A stretch of 64,000 nucleotides of DNA from Acidiferrobacterales bacterium (GTDB lineage Bacteria; Pseudomonadota; Gammaproteobacteria; Acidiferrobacterales; DATGVQ01), in the NCBI GenBank assembly GCA_035300145.1, contig DATGVQ010000216.1, positions 439 through 64,438 on the forward strand, written 5' to 3'. The notes beneath the pieces are model-generated. The model was not told where the DNA came from, searched no databases, and worked only from the letters and a program-made list of their open reading frames with translations. Below are positions 9,857-20,074 of this stretch, piece after piece. The position numbers and the translations under genes are program-made. The first letter of the stretch is position 1; each line of letters begins with the position of its first letter.

Positions 9857-10812
9857 TAACTAACGTTGATATCAAGCTTGCGCCTACCCGCAGCAGTACT
9901 GTCGAAGATTTGGCCACACACCAAATTACTACTATTACCGGCCGCTTCCGCCTGTCCCTGCCACTGTAATCGCAGCGCCTCGAGGCTGCCTTTGCCGGCG
10001 GCAATGCGCAACGGCGCGATCGATAATACCTCTCCCGGCACACCACCGCCTTCCGGGAGCGGTTGTGCCCACCAAATAATTAAACGCCGCCCCTGAATTT
10101 CAGTGAATGCGCCCGGATAGGGATGGGCTACCGCGCGGATGAGATTAAAGATTTCGCCGGCGCTGCGGCGCCAATCGATGCAGCCGTCTTCCGGCCTGCG
10201 TCCACCGAAATATGTCGCCTGCGATTCATCCTGCTGGCGCCGCGGCGCAACCCCATGCTTCAACGCATCGAGATTGCGCGCAAGCAGCCGGCGCGCGGCA
10301 TGGGTGACGTTTACAAACACATCACGCGCCGTATCTTGCGGGCCGATAGGCACCGGCTCCTGATCGACAATATCGCCAGCATCGGCGCGCGCGATCATGT
10401 GATGCAAAGTCGCGCCGGTTTGGCTTTCGCCATGCAGCACTGCCCAGTTGATCGGGGCGCGGCCCCGATACTTGGGCAGCAATGAGCCATGCATATTAAA
10501 AGCCCCGAGCCGGGCGCTTTTTAAGATCTCGCTGCTTAACATATTTCGGTAATAAAACGAGAAAATCAAATCCGGTTTAAACGCGCGAACGCGCGCAACC
10601 CAATCGGTTTGATTGATGCTACTTGGCATAAATACCGGGATATTATGCCGCTTAGCGAGTGCCGCCACCGATTGGAACCAGATCTCCTCACTGCTGTTAT
10701 CCTCATGAGTGATTACAGCGACAATTTTCTCACTGCGCTCAATCAAGGCGCTAAGACATTCATAACCGACATCGTGATAACCGAATACGAGAATAGCAGG
10801 TTTATGGCTCAT
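9856..10812 (-). CDS. arnA: UDP-4-amino-4-deoxy-L-arabinose formyltransferase (ArnA N-terminal domain as a separate protein)
   Basis: Formyltransferase fold with HGSLLPKYRGRAPINWA. I trimmed the track ORF (start 10944) to ATG 10812 (MSHKPAILVFGYH), which overlaps the arnC stop by 11 nt. Confidence 0.8.
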   Translation of the reverse strand: MSHKPAILVFGYHDVGYECLSALIERSEKIVAVITHEDNSSEEIWFQSVAALAKRHNIPVFMPSSINQTDWVARVRAFKPDLIFSFYYRNMLSSEILKSARLGAFNMHGSLLPKYRGRAPINWAVLHGESQTGATLHHMIARADAGDIVDQEPVPIGPQDTARDVFVNVTHAARRLLARNLDALKHGVAPRRQQDESQATYFGGRRPEDGCIDWRRSAGEIFNLIRAVAHPYPGAFTEIQGRRLIIWWAQPLPEGGGVPGEVLSIAPLRIAAGKGSLEALRLQWQGQAEAAGNSSNLVCGQIFDSTAAGRRKLDINVS

Positions 10813-11746
10813 TAATTTGCTGCACGATTTCACGAATAACGAAACGTGGGCGGCGGCGCACTTCTTGGTAAATACGCCCGATATATTCACCGATGATGCC
10901 CAGTCCCATAATGCCGACACCGACCAGGAAATAGAGGATGGCAAACAAGGTAAACACGCCTTCCGCTTCCGGACCTACGATCAAACGGCGGATAAATAAA
11001 TAGATAACGAATAAAGTGCTCAACAACGACACCAGGAAGCCGAAGAGGGTAAAAACTTGCAGCGGGACGATGGAAAAACCGGTGATTAAATCAAAGTTAA
11101 GGCGAATCAAGTCATAGAGCCGGTATTTAGAAGTACCGGCGGCGCGTTGCGCATGTTCCACTTCCACCTCGGTCGGATTGGCGGAAAAACTATAAGCCAG
11201 CGCCGGAATGAACGTGGAAGCTTCGCCGCTCGCGGTAATGTAATCGATAATAGGACGGCGATACGCGCGCAACATACAGCCTTGATCGCGCATCTCGATC
11301 TGAGTGACGCGCGCGCGCAGAGCATTGATCAGCTTCGAGGCGTAACGCCGGAACCAGCTATCCTGGCGATTCTTGCGGTACCCACCGACCACGTCGTGCC
11401 CGGCTTCGATCGCCGCGAGCAATTTCGGGATTTCCTCCGGTGGATTTTGCAAATCCGCATCCAGCGTCACGATCACTTCGCCGCGTACCTGTTCAAACGC
11501 GGCCATGATCGCCATATGCTGGCCGAAATTTCCATTGAAATCGATGACGCGCACCTGTCGCGGGCGGCGCTGATGCAATTCTCTTAAAATTATACCGGAG
11601 CGGTCATAGCTGCCGTCGTTGGTAAAGATGACTTCAAACGGCTTGCCGATGCTATCCATTACCGCCATTAAGCGCTGAAATAGCGCAAGCAGATTTTCCT
11701 GCTCGTTGTACACCGGAATAATAATGCTGATATAAGGCCGGCTCAT
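10802..11746 (-). CDS. arnC: undecaprenyl-phosphate 4-deoxy-4-formamido-L-arabinose transferase (GT2)
   Basis: 314 aa. GT2 N-terminus ISIIIPVYNEQENL plus the DADLQNPPEEIP motif, and two C-terminal TM helices. Confidence 0.85.
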   Translation of the reverse strand: MSRPYISIIIPVYNEQENLLALFQRLMAVMDSIGKPFEVIFTNDGSYDRSGIILRELHQRRPRQVRVIDFNGNFGQHMAIMAAFEQVRGEVIVTLDADLQNPPEEIPKLLAAIEAGHDVVGGYRKNRQDSWFRRYASKLINALRARVTQIEMRDQGCMLRAYRRPIIDYITASGEASTFIPALAYSFSANPTEVEVEHAQRAAGTSKYRLYDLIRLNFDLITGFSIVPLQVFTLFGFLVSLLSTLFVIYLFIRRLIVGPEAEGVFTLFAILYFLVGVGIMGLGIIGEYIGRIYQEVRRRPRFVIREIVQQINEP

Positions 11747-11747
11747 C

Positions 11748-12920
11748 TCAGGTTCGCCGAAATAAATCGGCCATGGCGGCGATCACGCGGTCTTGGTCGG
11801 CCTCGGTCATAGTGGGAAACAATGGCAGACTGACGATCCGGTCGGAAATCGACTCGGCATGCGGAAAATCGCCGCGCCTGAAGCCATAATGTTCGGCGTA
11901 ATAGGGATACAAGTGCGCCGCGCGGTAATGCAGGCCGGTGCCGATGTTGCGCGCCTTCATGCCTTGCATAAAGGCGTCCCGGTCCATGCCCACCGCTTGC
12001 GGATTGATCAGCGGCGCGTATAAATGCCAGGCATGGCGATGTGCATATTTGGGCGTCTTCGGCAGCGTCCACTGCGGCCAATCAGCGAGCAGGCGCTGAT
12101 AGCGCAAGGCAAGTTCCGCGCGGCGCCGAATGAAACCGTCCAGCTGCGGCAACTGATGCAAGCCGAGCGCGGCTTGGATATCCATCATATTGTATTTGTA
12201 GCCCGGCGTGATGATTTCATAATGCTGGCTGCCGCTCTTGCCGAAACGGTTCCATGCCTCGCGATCCATGCCGTGGAAGCGCAATAAGGCGATCTCGGCC
12301 GCGAGCGCGTCATCGCGGGTGGTGACACACCCTCCCTCCCCCGTAGTCATATTTTTATTAGGATGAAAGCTGAATACTTGAGTATCGCCGAAGGCGCCGA
12401 TGCGGCGGCCTTTGTATTCCGCGCCGATGGCATGTGCCGCATCTTCGATCACGCGCAGGCCATGCTTATCGGCAAGGTGATACAAAGGATCGAGATCGAC
12501 CGGCAAGCCGGCAAAATGCACCGGCATGATCGCTCGCGTGCGCGGCGTAATGACTTCGGCCAAACGCGCTACATCGATGTTATCGCTATCAGGTGCTACG
12601 TCCACTAATACCGGCATTCCTCCGGCAAGCACGATAGTGTTCAAGGTAGCGGCAAACGTCATGGGGGTGGTGATGATCTCGTCGCCGGGTTTGAGTTTTA
12701 ACGCGGCAAGAGCAAGATGCAATCCGGCGGTCGCGGAAGACAGCGCCAGGGCATGCGGAGCCTGTAAGTATGTCTTCAGTTCTTCTTCAAATTTTTTTAC
12801 CCGTGGCCCGGTGGTAATCCAGCCTGATTCAAGACAAGCGACCACTTCATCGATCGCCGCGCGATCCAACGCCGGTCGGGAAAAGGGTAAAAATTCATCG
12901 TTAGTCTTTTTATTTGCCAC
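11748..12920 (-). CDS. arnB: UDP-4-amino-4-deoxy-L-arabinose--oxoglutarate aminotransferase (DegT/DnrJ/EryC1 family)
   Basis: DegT-family sequence (FLPFSRPALD..., SFHPNKNMTTGEGG with the PLP lysine). I trimmed the track ORF (13097) to GTG 12920, which follows GGAG and lies 2 nt after the arnE/F stop. Confidence 0.85.
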   Translation of the reverse strand: MANKKTNDEFLPFSRPALDRAAIDEVVACLESGWITTGPRVKKFEEELKTYLQAPHALALSSATAGLHLALAALKLKPGDEIITTPMTFAATLNTIVLAGGMPVLVDVAPDSDNIDVARLAEVITPRTRAIMPVHFAGLPVDLDPLYHLADKHGLRVIEDAAHAIGAEYKGRRIGAFGDTQVFSFHPNKNMTTGEGGCVTTRDDALAAEIALLRFHGMDREAWNRFGKSGSQHYEIITPGYKYNMMDIQAALGLHQLPQLDGFIRRRAELALRYQRLLADWPQWTLPKTPKYAHRHAWHLYAPLINPQAVGMDRDAFMQGMKARNIGTGLHYRAAHLYPYYAEHYGFRRGDFPHAESISDRIVSLPLFPTMTEADQDRVIAAMADLFRRT

Positions 12921-12922
12921 AC

Positions 12923-13288
12923 CTAGCTCCGCGTAACCAGATACACCCCGGCAATAATAATCAAAATCCCGGTGATGCGCGTTAACGACAGATTTTCTTG
13001 AAACAGATAATAACCGGCGACGGCGTTGACAACATATCCCAGGCTCAACATCGGATAGGCGTAGCTCACTTCCACCCGCGACAGCACCAGCAACCAAACA
13101 CCAACGCTGGCGATATAGAGAAACAGGCCGAATAATACAAATATATTGCCGGCGACCTGAAGGGCGATAGGCGCTACATTAACCCAAACGAAATCGAAAT
13201 AACCGATGCGGCGCATGCCTTCCTTTAATGAAAGTTGGGCCGCGGCATTGAGCAATACCCCCAACAGAATTAACGGAAAATAATTCAC
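12923..13288 (-). CDS. SMR/EamA-like 4-TM protein, probable L-Ara4N-phosphoundecaprenol flippase subunit
   Basis: 121 aa with four hydrophobic helices. Positioned between arnT and arnB with a 4-nt overlap on the arnT stop. Only one such gene is present. Confidence 0.6.
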   Translation of the reverse strand: MNYFPLILLGVLLNAAAQLSLKEGMRRIGYFDFVWVNVAPIALQVAGNIFVLFGLFLYIASVGVWLLVLSRVEVSYAYPMLSLGYVVNAVAGYYLFQENLSLTRITGILIIIAGVYLVTRS

Positions 13289-14967
13289 GACTGGTCCTTT
13301 TTGTTACGCAGCAAAACGTTATCGTTGTCTTCCGCCACCAGATAAATCTTTTTACCGGCCTGGCGCAGTCGATTGTACGTCAAACGGCTGGTCACCATAT
13401 ACATAGTTTTCACGCCATCCCAGCGCTGCCAAAATTCAATATCATTGATCAACCAACCGCCGGCGCCTTCGTTTCTCCCGCCGGACCTGAGCTCGCCCCG
13501 CCAATCGACCACAACGATGGGCCGTTGCAAATAAAATGGCAGATCTTGATAGTAAGTTTTATAACTTGCAACCTCGTCCTCGGGTCTAAGCTGCGCTTTA
13601 AGTGTCAAGGCGAGGCCTTTGACCGAGCGGTCATCCAAATAGGGCGCATCCGCATTCAGCGTAACAAGAAACAAAACAAAGCCTGTGGCCAGAGAAATAA
13701 ACGCCACCCGGATCCCGTCGCCCTGAGCGAAAAAAAAAGTCAAGCCTACGACTAATGCAAGTATGACGGCAAGGATATTCATGTGTACCTGCAAAGCGGC
13801 GGGGTCGAAGAAGAGCTGATAATAGGACACCGCCGCTAAGCTTGCGGCCAATACCAAACCGGCGAAAAGCAAAATCCAATAATCGATGCGCAAACCGGCG
13901 GCGTCATCGCGATTCCACGCGGTCGCAAGATGGCGTCCGATTAAAATCGCGAGGGGCGGGAATACCGGCAGGATATATGGAATTAATTTGGAGTCGGAAG
14001 CGGAAAAGAACAGAAAGATCGCGCTCGCCCAGATAAACAGAAACAGCACCTCTTCATGCTGGTGGCGCCGGCTCCAGGTAAATGCCAGATTACGTTTTAT
14101 CGCCTGGAGTAAAAATGCACTCCAGGGAAATAACCCTAACAACAAGACCGGGATGAAAAACCACGGCGGTTCATAACGCTGATGAATTTTAGTCAGAAAA
14201 CGCTGCAGGTGCTCATGAATAAAATAAAACTGCCAAAATTCCGGATTTGCCTGCGCAACCAGGATATGCCAGGGTGCGGCGATTGACATGAATAAAATTA
14301 AACCAAAGGGAATTTGCAGGGTCTTTAGCAGGCGCCACTTGCCGAGCACGGCAATCCATATTCCGACTACGAGCGCGGGCAGGACCAGGCCGATCAAGCC
14401 CTTGGTTAACACCGCCAGCGCCGAAAAAATATAAAAAGCCCACAGGCTAAGGCGCCGGGGCCAGCCCGCCGGTAACCGTACCCCGATCAAAAACGTAAAT
14501 AGGCTCGCGCTGATTAACACCGATACCGTCATATCCAGCGTGACAATACGGCTCATGAAGTAGTATAAAAAGGAGGTGACCAATATTATAGCGGCGATAA
14601 GCCCGGTGCGGCGATCGAACAATATCCTGCCGGCGGCATAAACGCTTAAGGCTCCAAGCAGGGCGAAAAGCGCGTTCCAAAGGCGCAGCGACCACTCGCT
14701 TAATCCGAAGAGCTTGATAGAAACGGCTTGCAGCCAATAAAACAGTACCGGTTTTTCGAAATATTTTTCGCCGTTGAGGCGCGGCGTCAGATAATCGCCG
14801 CTTACCACCATTTCGCGCGGGATTTCGGAGTAGCGCGCCTCATCCGGCGTACCGAGCGCGCGATTGCCGAGCATAAAGCCGAACAGGCTGACGCATGCCA
14901 GGGTCAACATCAGCAGGTCGCGTAACCAGAAGGAGGGGCGGTGATCTACCGCGGAAGTCACGGGCAT
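13285..14967 (-). CDS. arnT: 4-amino-4-deoxy-L-arabinose lipid A transferase (GT39/PMT_2 family)
   Basis: 560 aa, polytopic. The N-terminal ExRYxEIPREM-type motif (DEARYSEIPREMVVSGDYLTPRLNG) is typical of ArnT/PMT glycosyltransferases. First gene of the cluster. Confidence 0.8.
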   Translation of the reverse strand: MPVTSAVDHRPSFWLRDLLMLTLACVSLFGFMLGNRALGTPDEARYSEIPREMVVSGDYLTPRLNGEKYFEKPVLFYWLQAVSIKLFGLSEWSLRLWNALFALLGALSVYAAGRILFDRRTGLIAAIILVTSFLYYFMSRIVTLDMTVSVLISASLFTFLIGVRLPAGWPRRLSLWAFYIFSALAVLTKGLIGLVLPALVVGIWIAVLGKWRLLKTLQIPFGLILFMSIAAPWHILVAQANPEFWQFYFIHEHLQRFLTKIHQRYEPPWFFIPVLLLGLFPWSAFLLQAIKRNLAFTWSRRHQHEEVLFLFIWASAIFLFFSASDSKLIPYILPVFPPLAILIGRHLATAWNRDDAAGLRIDYWILLFAGLVLAASLAAVSYYQLFFDPAALQVHMNILAVILALVVGLTFFFAQGDGIRVAFISLATGFVLFLVTLNADAPYLDDRSVKGLALTLKAQLRPEDEVASYKTYYQDLPFYLQRPIVVVDWRGELRSGGRNEGAGGWLINDIEFWQRWDGVKTMYMVTSRLTYNRLRQAGKKIYLVAEDNDNVLLRNKKDQS

Positions 14968-15052
14968 TGGTGGGTGATGTTAAGCGCCAGCCGCGAAGGG
15001 TAGCATATATAGTTAAGTAGCCGCCAGAATTGCTTTGGGACCGCCTTGAGAG

Positions 15053-15086
15053 GAAAAACAAAACGGTCCGGTGAGAAAACCGGCCC
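15053..15086 (-). terminator. rho-independent terminator downstream of hppA
   Basis: On the minus strand, GGGCCGGTTTTCTCACCGGACC is followed by GTTTTGTTTTT, starting 9 nt after the hppA stop. Confidence 0.6.
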
Positions 15087-15094
15087 GCTCCGCC

Positions 15095-17122
15095 TCAAGA
15101 GTGCAGCAGCGGTACGATCAGCAGCGCGACAATGTTAATAATTTTAATCATGGGGTTGACCGCCGGTCCGGCTGTATCTTTGTACGGATCACCGACGGTA
15201 TCGCCGGTCACTGCCGCCTTGTGCGCCTCGGAGCCTTTTCCGCCGAAATGATTATCTTCGATATATTTCTTGGCGTTATCCCAGGCGCCGCCGCCGGTGG
15301 TCATGGAGATGGCGACGAATAAGCCGGTGACAATGGTACCCATCAGCACGCCGCCTAAGGCCTGCGGGCCGAGCACCACGCCTATAACCACCGGCACCAG
15401 CACCGGTAGCAGCGACGGCACGATCATTTCTTTGATCGCGGCTTTAGTCAGCATGTCGACCGCTTTGGAATAATCCGGCTTTGCCGTGCCTTGCATAATA
15501 CCGGGAATCTCCTTGAATTGGCGGCGTACTTCGATGACCACTGAACTGGCGGCGCGCCCCACCGCCTGCATCGCAAGCGCACTGAACAGATAAGGCACCA
15601 GTCCGCCGATAAACAGGCCGATGATGACCATGTGATTAGACAAATCGAAGGTCAGGGTTTTGCCGGAGTGGGCGGTTAATTCATGCGTGTAATCGGCGAA
15701 TAACACCAACGCCGCCAGCGCGGCGGAGCCGATGGCGTAACCCTTGGTCACCGCCTTGGTGGTATTCCCGACTGCATCCAGCGGGTCGGTGATATTGCGG
15801 ATCTTCGTGGGCAGATCCGCCATCTCGGCGATGCCGCCGGCGTTATCGGTGATCGGTCCGTAGGCATCGAGCGCAACAATAATTCCCGCCATCGACAGCA
15901 TCGCGGTGGCAGCGATGGCAATGCCGTATAGCCCGGCAAATGCATACGCGGCGCCTATACCTAAGCAGATCACCAACACCGGCGCGGCGGTCGCTTTCAT
16001 GGAGATCGCCAATCCGGCAATGATGTTAGTGCCATGGCCGGTGGTGGAGGCCTCGGCAATATAGCGTACCGGCTTGTATTCGGTGGCGGTGTAATACTCC
16101 GTGATCACCACCAACGCCGCGGTCACGGCAAGACCGATAAGCGCGGCGCAATAAATATTGATCGGGCTAAACGCGCCGTTATTCGCCATCATGGAGTTTG
16201 TCAGCGGATAAAGCGCAATTGCCGCCAGCACGCCGGCCACGATCAAACCGCGGTAAAGCGCATTCATAATCTTGCCGCCTTCGCGCGCACTGACAAAAAA
16301 AGTGCCGACAATCGACGCGAGGATGGAAACGCCGCCGAGCGCCAACGGATACAGCATGGCGTTATCGAAACCTTTTAACAGCAAGCCGCCGAGCAGCATG
16401 GTGGCGATAATGGTGACGGCGTAGGTTTCAAACAAATCCGCCGCCATGCCGGCGCAATCGCCGACATTGTCGCCGACGTTATCGGCGATCACCGCCGGGT
16501 TGCGTGGATCGTCTTCCGGAATACCGGCTTCGACCTTACCGACCAGGTCTGCGCCGACGTCCGCGCCTTTGGTGAAGATGCCGCCGCCCAGACGCGCGAA
16601 AATAGAAATGAGAGAACCGCCAAACCCAAGGCCGACCAGAGGGGTAATATTTACCGCCTGCCCAGCCGGTGTTACCTGCAGCAATATTGCATAATAACCG
16701 GTCACGCCTAACAGGCCTAAACCTACCACGAGCAAACCGGTGATGGCGCCGCCGCGGAAAGCCACGCGCAGGGCGGCGTTAAGCCCGTCGTTTGCCGCTT
16801 GGGCCGTGCGTACATTGGCGCGCACGGAAACATGCATCCCGATATAACCGGCGGCGGCCGAGAAAAAGGCGCCGATGGCAAAACCGATGGCGGTTAAACT
16901 GCCCAAAAAGTAATAAATGATGGCGACCAAAACCAGGCCCACGATGCCGATGGTGCTGTATTGCCGGTTAAGATAGGCGGAGGCGCCTTCCTGAATCGCC
17001 GCGGCGATTTGCTGCATGCGTTCGTTACCGGTGGATTGGGCCAACACCCATTGAATAGACACCGCGCCATAAACCAAGGCCGCTGCGGCACAGGCAAGCG
17101 CGAATACCAGGCTGACAGACAT
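15095..17122 (-). CDS. hppA: membrane H+-translocating pyrophosphatase, K+-independent type
   Basis: 675 aa, polytopic. Motifs [19 protein letters not shown] and [19 protein letters not shown] are present. GNTTKA (Lys rather than Ala) is the established signature of K+-independent enzymes. Confidence 0.95.
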   Translation of the reverse strand: MSVSLVFALACAAAALVYGAVSIQWVLAQSTGNERMQQIAAAIQEGASAYLNRQYSTIGIVGLVLVAIIYYFLGSLTAIGFAIGAFFSAAAGYIGMHVSVRANVRTAQAANDGLNAALRVAFRGGAITGLLVVGLGLLGVTGYYAILLQVTPAGQAVNITPLVGLGFGGSLISIFARLGGGIFTKGADVGADLVGKVEAGIPEDDPRNPAVIADNVGDNVGDCAGMAADLFETYAVTIIATMLLGGLLLKGFDNAMLYPLALGGVSILASIVGTFFVSAREGGKIMNALYRGLIVAGVLAAIALYPLTNSMMANNGAFSPINIYCAALIGLAVTAALVVITEYYTATEYKPVRYIAEASTTGHGTNIIAGLAISMKATAAPVLVICLGIGAAYAFAGLYGIAIAATAMLSMAGIIVALDAYGPITDNAGGIAEMADLPTKIRNITDPLDAVGNTTKAVTKGYAIGSAALAALVLFADYTHELTAHSGKTLTFDLSNHMVIIGLFIGGLVPYLFSALAMQAVGRAASSVVIEVRRQFKEIPGIMQGTAKPDYSKAVDMLTKAAIKEMIVPSLLPVLVPVVIGVVLGPQALGGVLMGTIVTGLFVAISMTTGGGAWDNAKKYIEDNHFGGKGSEAHKAAVTGDTVGDPYKDTAGPAVNPMIKIINIVALLIVPLLHS

Positions 17123-17234
17123 ACTTAATTCTCCCAGGTGATTTAAAGTGTTTTACAAATACTTAAGCTTTATTTTTCTAACGGCGAAAATTTTCGAAGC
17201 GCTGTATTTTGATTTTTCGCGCCAGCAAGCCCGC

Positions 17235-18500
17235 TTAAATCCTAAAATCCGTGTTCAGCTTCTTCTTCACCGCCACATTTTTAAGCCGCACATACGCCGG
17301 CAGTCCATTTTTAAACGGAGGATAATCCTCTCCCTGAATCAAAGGCTCCAAATAAGCACGGCATTTCTTGGTAATACCGAAACCGTCGGCGCTAATGTAA
17401 TCTGTTGGCATTTTCTTCTCAACATTGGCGACCTCCGCCAGATCAGCGACGCCTACGGCCCACTTATACGGCCGATTGGATTTACGCACAATCGTCGGCA
17501 TCACGGCGTTATAGCCTTTTAACGCCAATTCCACCGCCGCCTTGCCCACGGCATAGGCCTGCTCGACATCGACCTTGGAGGCGATATGGCGCGCGGCGCG
17601 CTGTAAATAATCCGCCACCGCCCAGTGATACTTATAGCCCAATTTATCCTTCACCAACCTCGCGATAATGGGCGCGACCCCGCCTAATTGGGCATGGCCA
17701 AAGGCGTCTTTAATGCCGCTCTCCGACAAAAATTTGCCTTCGCTATTTTTTACGCCTTCGGACACAACCATGGCGCAATAGCCGTACTTTTTCACCACCT
17801 CCTCGATTTTGGCTAAAAATTTTTGCTCATCGAGGCTAACCTCCGGCAGCAGAATAATATGCGGCGCATCGCCCTCTTTCTCCGCCGCCAAGCCGCCGGC
17901 CGCGGCAATCCAGCCGGCATGCCGGCCCATCACCTCCATGATAAAGACCTTGGTGGAGGTCTTAGCCATGCTTGCGACATCAAAACCTGCCTCGCGGATG
18001 GACACCGCCACGTATTTCGCCACCGAGCCAAACCCGGGGCAACAATCGGTAACAGGCAAATCGTTATCGACCGTCTTGGGGATGCCGATACAGGCGATGG
18101 GATAGCCCAGCTTCTCGCTGATTTGCGAAACCTTACGCGCCGTGTCTTGCGAATCGCCGCCGCCATTATAAAAGAAATAACCGATGTTATGCGCCCGGAA
18201 CACCTCGATTAAACGGGTGTATTGCGCCCGGCTTTCCTCCAGGCCTTTAAGTTTGTAACGGCAGGAACCGAAAGCACCGGCCGGGGTATAGCGCAGGGCG
18301 CGGATCGCCTGGGGCGATTCCTTGCTGGTATCGATTAAATCCTCGGTAAGCGCGCCGATAATGCCGTCGCGCCCGGCATATACCTTGCCGATTTTGGTTT
18401 TATATTTGCGGGCGGTTTCAATCAGGCCGCAGGCAGAGGCATTAATAACCGCGGTTACTCCGCCTGATTGCGCATAAAACGCATTTTTAGGCTTAGGCAT
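17235..18500 (-). CDS. pfp: pyrophosphate-dependent 6-phosphofructokinase
   Basis: 421-aa PFK-family protein. It has IPKTVDNDL, with Lys where ATP-PFKs have Gly in PGTIDND, and NGGGDSQD. It lies directly upstream of hppA on the same strand, separated by a 112-nt spacer. Confidence 0.8.
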   Translation of the reverse strand: MPKPKNAFYAQSGGVTAVINASACGLIETARKYKTKIGKVYAGRDGIIGALTEDLIDTSKESPQAIRALRYTPAGAFGSCRYKLKGLEESRAQYTRLIEVFRAHNIGYFFYNGGGDSQDTARKVSQISEKLGYPIACIGIPKTVDNDLPVTDCCPGFGSVAKYVAVSIREAGFDVASMAKTSTKVFIMEVMGRHAGWIAAAGGLAAEKEGDAPHIILLPEVSLDEQKFLAKIEEVVKKYGYCAMVVSEGVKNSEGKFLSESGIKDAFGHAQLGGVAPIIARLVKDKLGYKYHWAVADYLQRAARHIASKVDVEQAYAVGKAAVELALKGYNAVMPTIVRKSNRPYKWAVGVADLAEVANVEKKMPTDYISADGFGITKKCRAYLEPLIQGEDYPPFKNGLPAYVRLKNVAVKKKLNTDFRI

Positions 18501-18633
18501 TGCTTACTCCATGGCAATGAACACAAATCGATTAATTTTAACGCAAATTACCTGCGGCGGGCGCATTTGGCTAGACGATCTAAGGCGGGGTTTTAAAAAT
18601 CTCATCGGGACGGCTCGATAGGTTTGTCAGCTT

Positions 18634-19041
18634 CTACTTTCGGTTTTCCTTCCTGATAACCAGCTTCAAACCCGACCAGGTATCGTCGACTGCGCATACT
18701 TTGATGTCAACAAGTCCAAGCGGTAACGCTACCTCCCGAATAGTATCTTCTGTGATATCCGTGGGTACTTTCGCGGCCTTTTTGGGCCAGGAGACCCAAA
18801 TCATTCCGTCTCGTTTCAGCTTCTTTAAAAAAACACGCAGGCGACTTCTTAGCTCCTTTTTACTTGTCGAGAAGATGTGAACCAGATCTGTGCCGTTGGT
18901 AACCCGTGGTAATAGCTTGACGCCATCTGGAACAGGAGCCAGTAGCTGCAAATAATTTTTTGGAGGATTAACCAAGACGATTTTGCTGCCATCCTTGATT
19001 CCGAGCTTCTTAGCAAGCGGCGTTCCGGAATACCCGGTCAT
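18634..19041 (-). CDS. DUF3052 domain protein
   Basis: 135 aa. The N-terminus MTGYSGTPLAKKLGIKDGSKIVLVNPP is typical of DUF3052 (recognised from memory). Confidence 0.55.
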   Translation of the reverse strand: MTGYSGTPLAKKLGIKDGSKIVLVNPPKNYLQLLAPVPDGVKLLPRVTNGTDLVHIFSTSKKELRSRLRVFLKKLKRDGMIWVSWPKKAAKVPTDITEDTIREVALPLGLVDIKVCAVDDTWSGLKLVIRKENRK

Positions 19042-19231
19042 TTTTTGCCTCCCTCGCTTAAATGGGCTGTGAGCACGTATCGATTACGCGCCGCCCCGGT
19101 TGCAGCGCAAGTTGGCCTGATCCACAAGATACTGCTCGACGCCATCCTGGTTCCAGCTATCCCGGGCTTGTTTGCCCCGGCATCCGCCGGCTCATCGAAG
19201 GAACGTAATACCCCATCCATCTCTTTTTGGT

Positions 19232-20074
19232 TTAGAAACTAAGCTTGTCCCCCGGTTTGATCGGAAACACCTTGGTGCGGGTGCCGCCCAGCGCCTTGAT
19301 GTACTCCTCCGGCGTGCCTTTCAGCTGCGGTATGGTGCCGTAATGGAACGGGATGGCGAACTTGGGCTTGAGATATTCCTTCGTGGCAAACGCGGCATCC
19401 TTAGGATTCATGACGAAGTGGCCGCCGATGGGAATCATAATGAGATCGGGTTTGTAGTACTCGCCGATGAATTTCATATCGCCGAATAAGCCGGTATCGC
19501 CCATATGGTAAAGCTTGAAGCCGTTCTCGAACTCGATGATAAAGCCCACCGGCTCGCCGCCAACGTGGGTCTCGGCTTTGCCCGTGGCCGGATTCGTCCA
19601 GAGAATTTCCGAGCTGTGCTCGGCGTGCACCTGGGTGATCTTGATATCCGGCCCGAACGGCGTGATGGTTCCGCTTTTGCCCATGCGCGGCGACAACTCC
19701 GGCGACAATATGCCCAGCGTCTGGATCGACTGGTTCATACCGGCCGGCCCGTACATCGGCACGTTGAGCTTCTTCGCCAGCTCCGGCGCGTCGCCAAGAT
19801 GGTCGCCGTGCCCGTGCGTGACCAGGATCAGATCGATTTTACCCAGCGCATCGAGGTTCTTATACTGCTCCGGGGTCTTTGGATTTTTGGTAAGGAACGG
19901 ATCGATAAGAATTACCTTGCCGCTGACGGTCGTGATCTTGGTTGCCGATTGACCTAACCATAACACCTCGATCTTTCCGGTTTCCGCCGCGACCGCGGGC
20001 ACTGTTGCGGTTATTGCCCAAGTGCATAAAAGGCCGAGCAAGGGCTTGAGCAGATTTTGTTTTGCCTGTGTCAT
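19232..20074 (-). CDS. exported metallo-beta-lactamase-fold hydrolase (UPF0173-like)
   Basis: Contains VTHGHGDH and a signal peptide (AITATVPAVAA-ETG). I trimmed to ATG 20074, which follows AAGGAG; the track ORF starts at 20119. Confidence 0.7.
   Translation of the reverse strand: MTQAKQNLLKPLLGLLCTWAITATVPAVAAETGKIEVLWLGQSATKITTVSGKVILIDPFLTKNPKTPEQYKNLDALGKIDLILVTHGHGDHLGDAPELAKKLNVPMYGPAGMNQSIQTLGILSPELSPRMGKSGTITPFGPDIKITQVHAEHSSEILWTNPATGKAETHVGGEPVGFIIEFENGFKLYHMGDTGLFGDMKFIGEYYKPDLIMIPIGGHFVMNPKDAAFATKEYLKPKFAIPFHYGTIPQLKGTPEEYIKALGGTRTKVFPIKPGDKLSF

Noticed and set aside
9206-9859. 217-aa plus-strand ORF inside the arn cluster; similar cases at 11147-11587, 12526-12936 and 45655-46257
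   Set aside because: They are antisense to well-supported genes (arnA decarboxylase, arnC, arnB, binding protein) and have no motifs of their own.
19042-19231. Possible gene remnant between the DUF3052 and MBL-hydrolase genes (60-aa ORF 19038-19220)
   Set aside because: The translations in all frames gave no recognisable family and no start/SD context. The evidence is insufficient to call a gene or a pseudogene.
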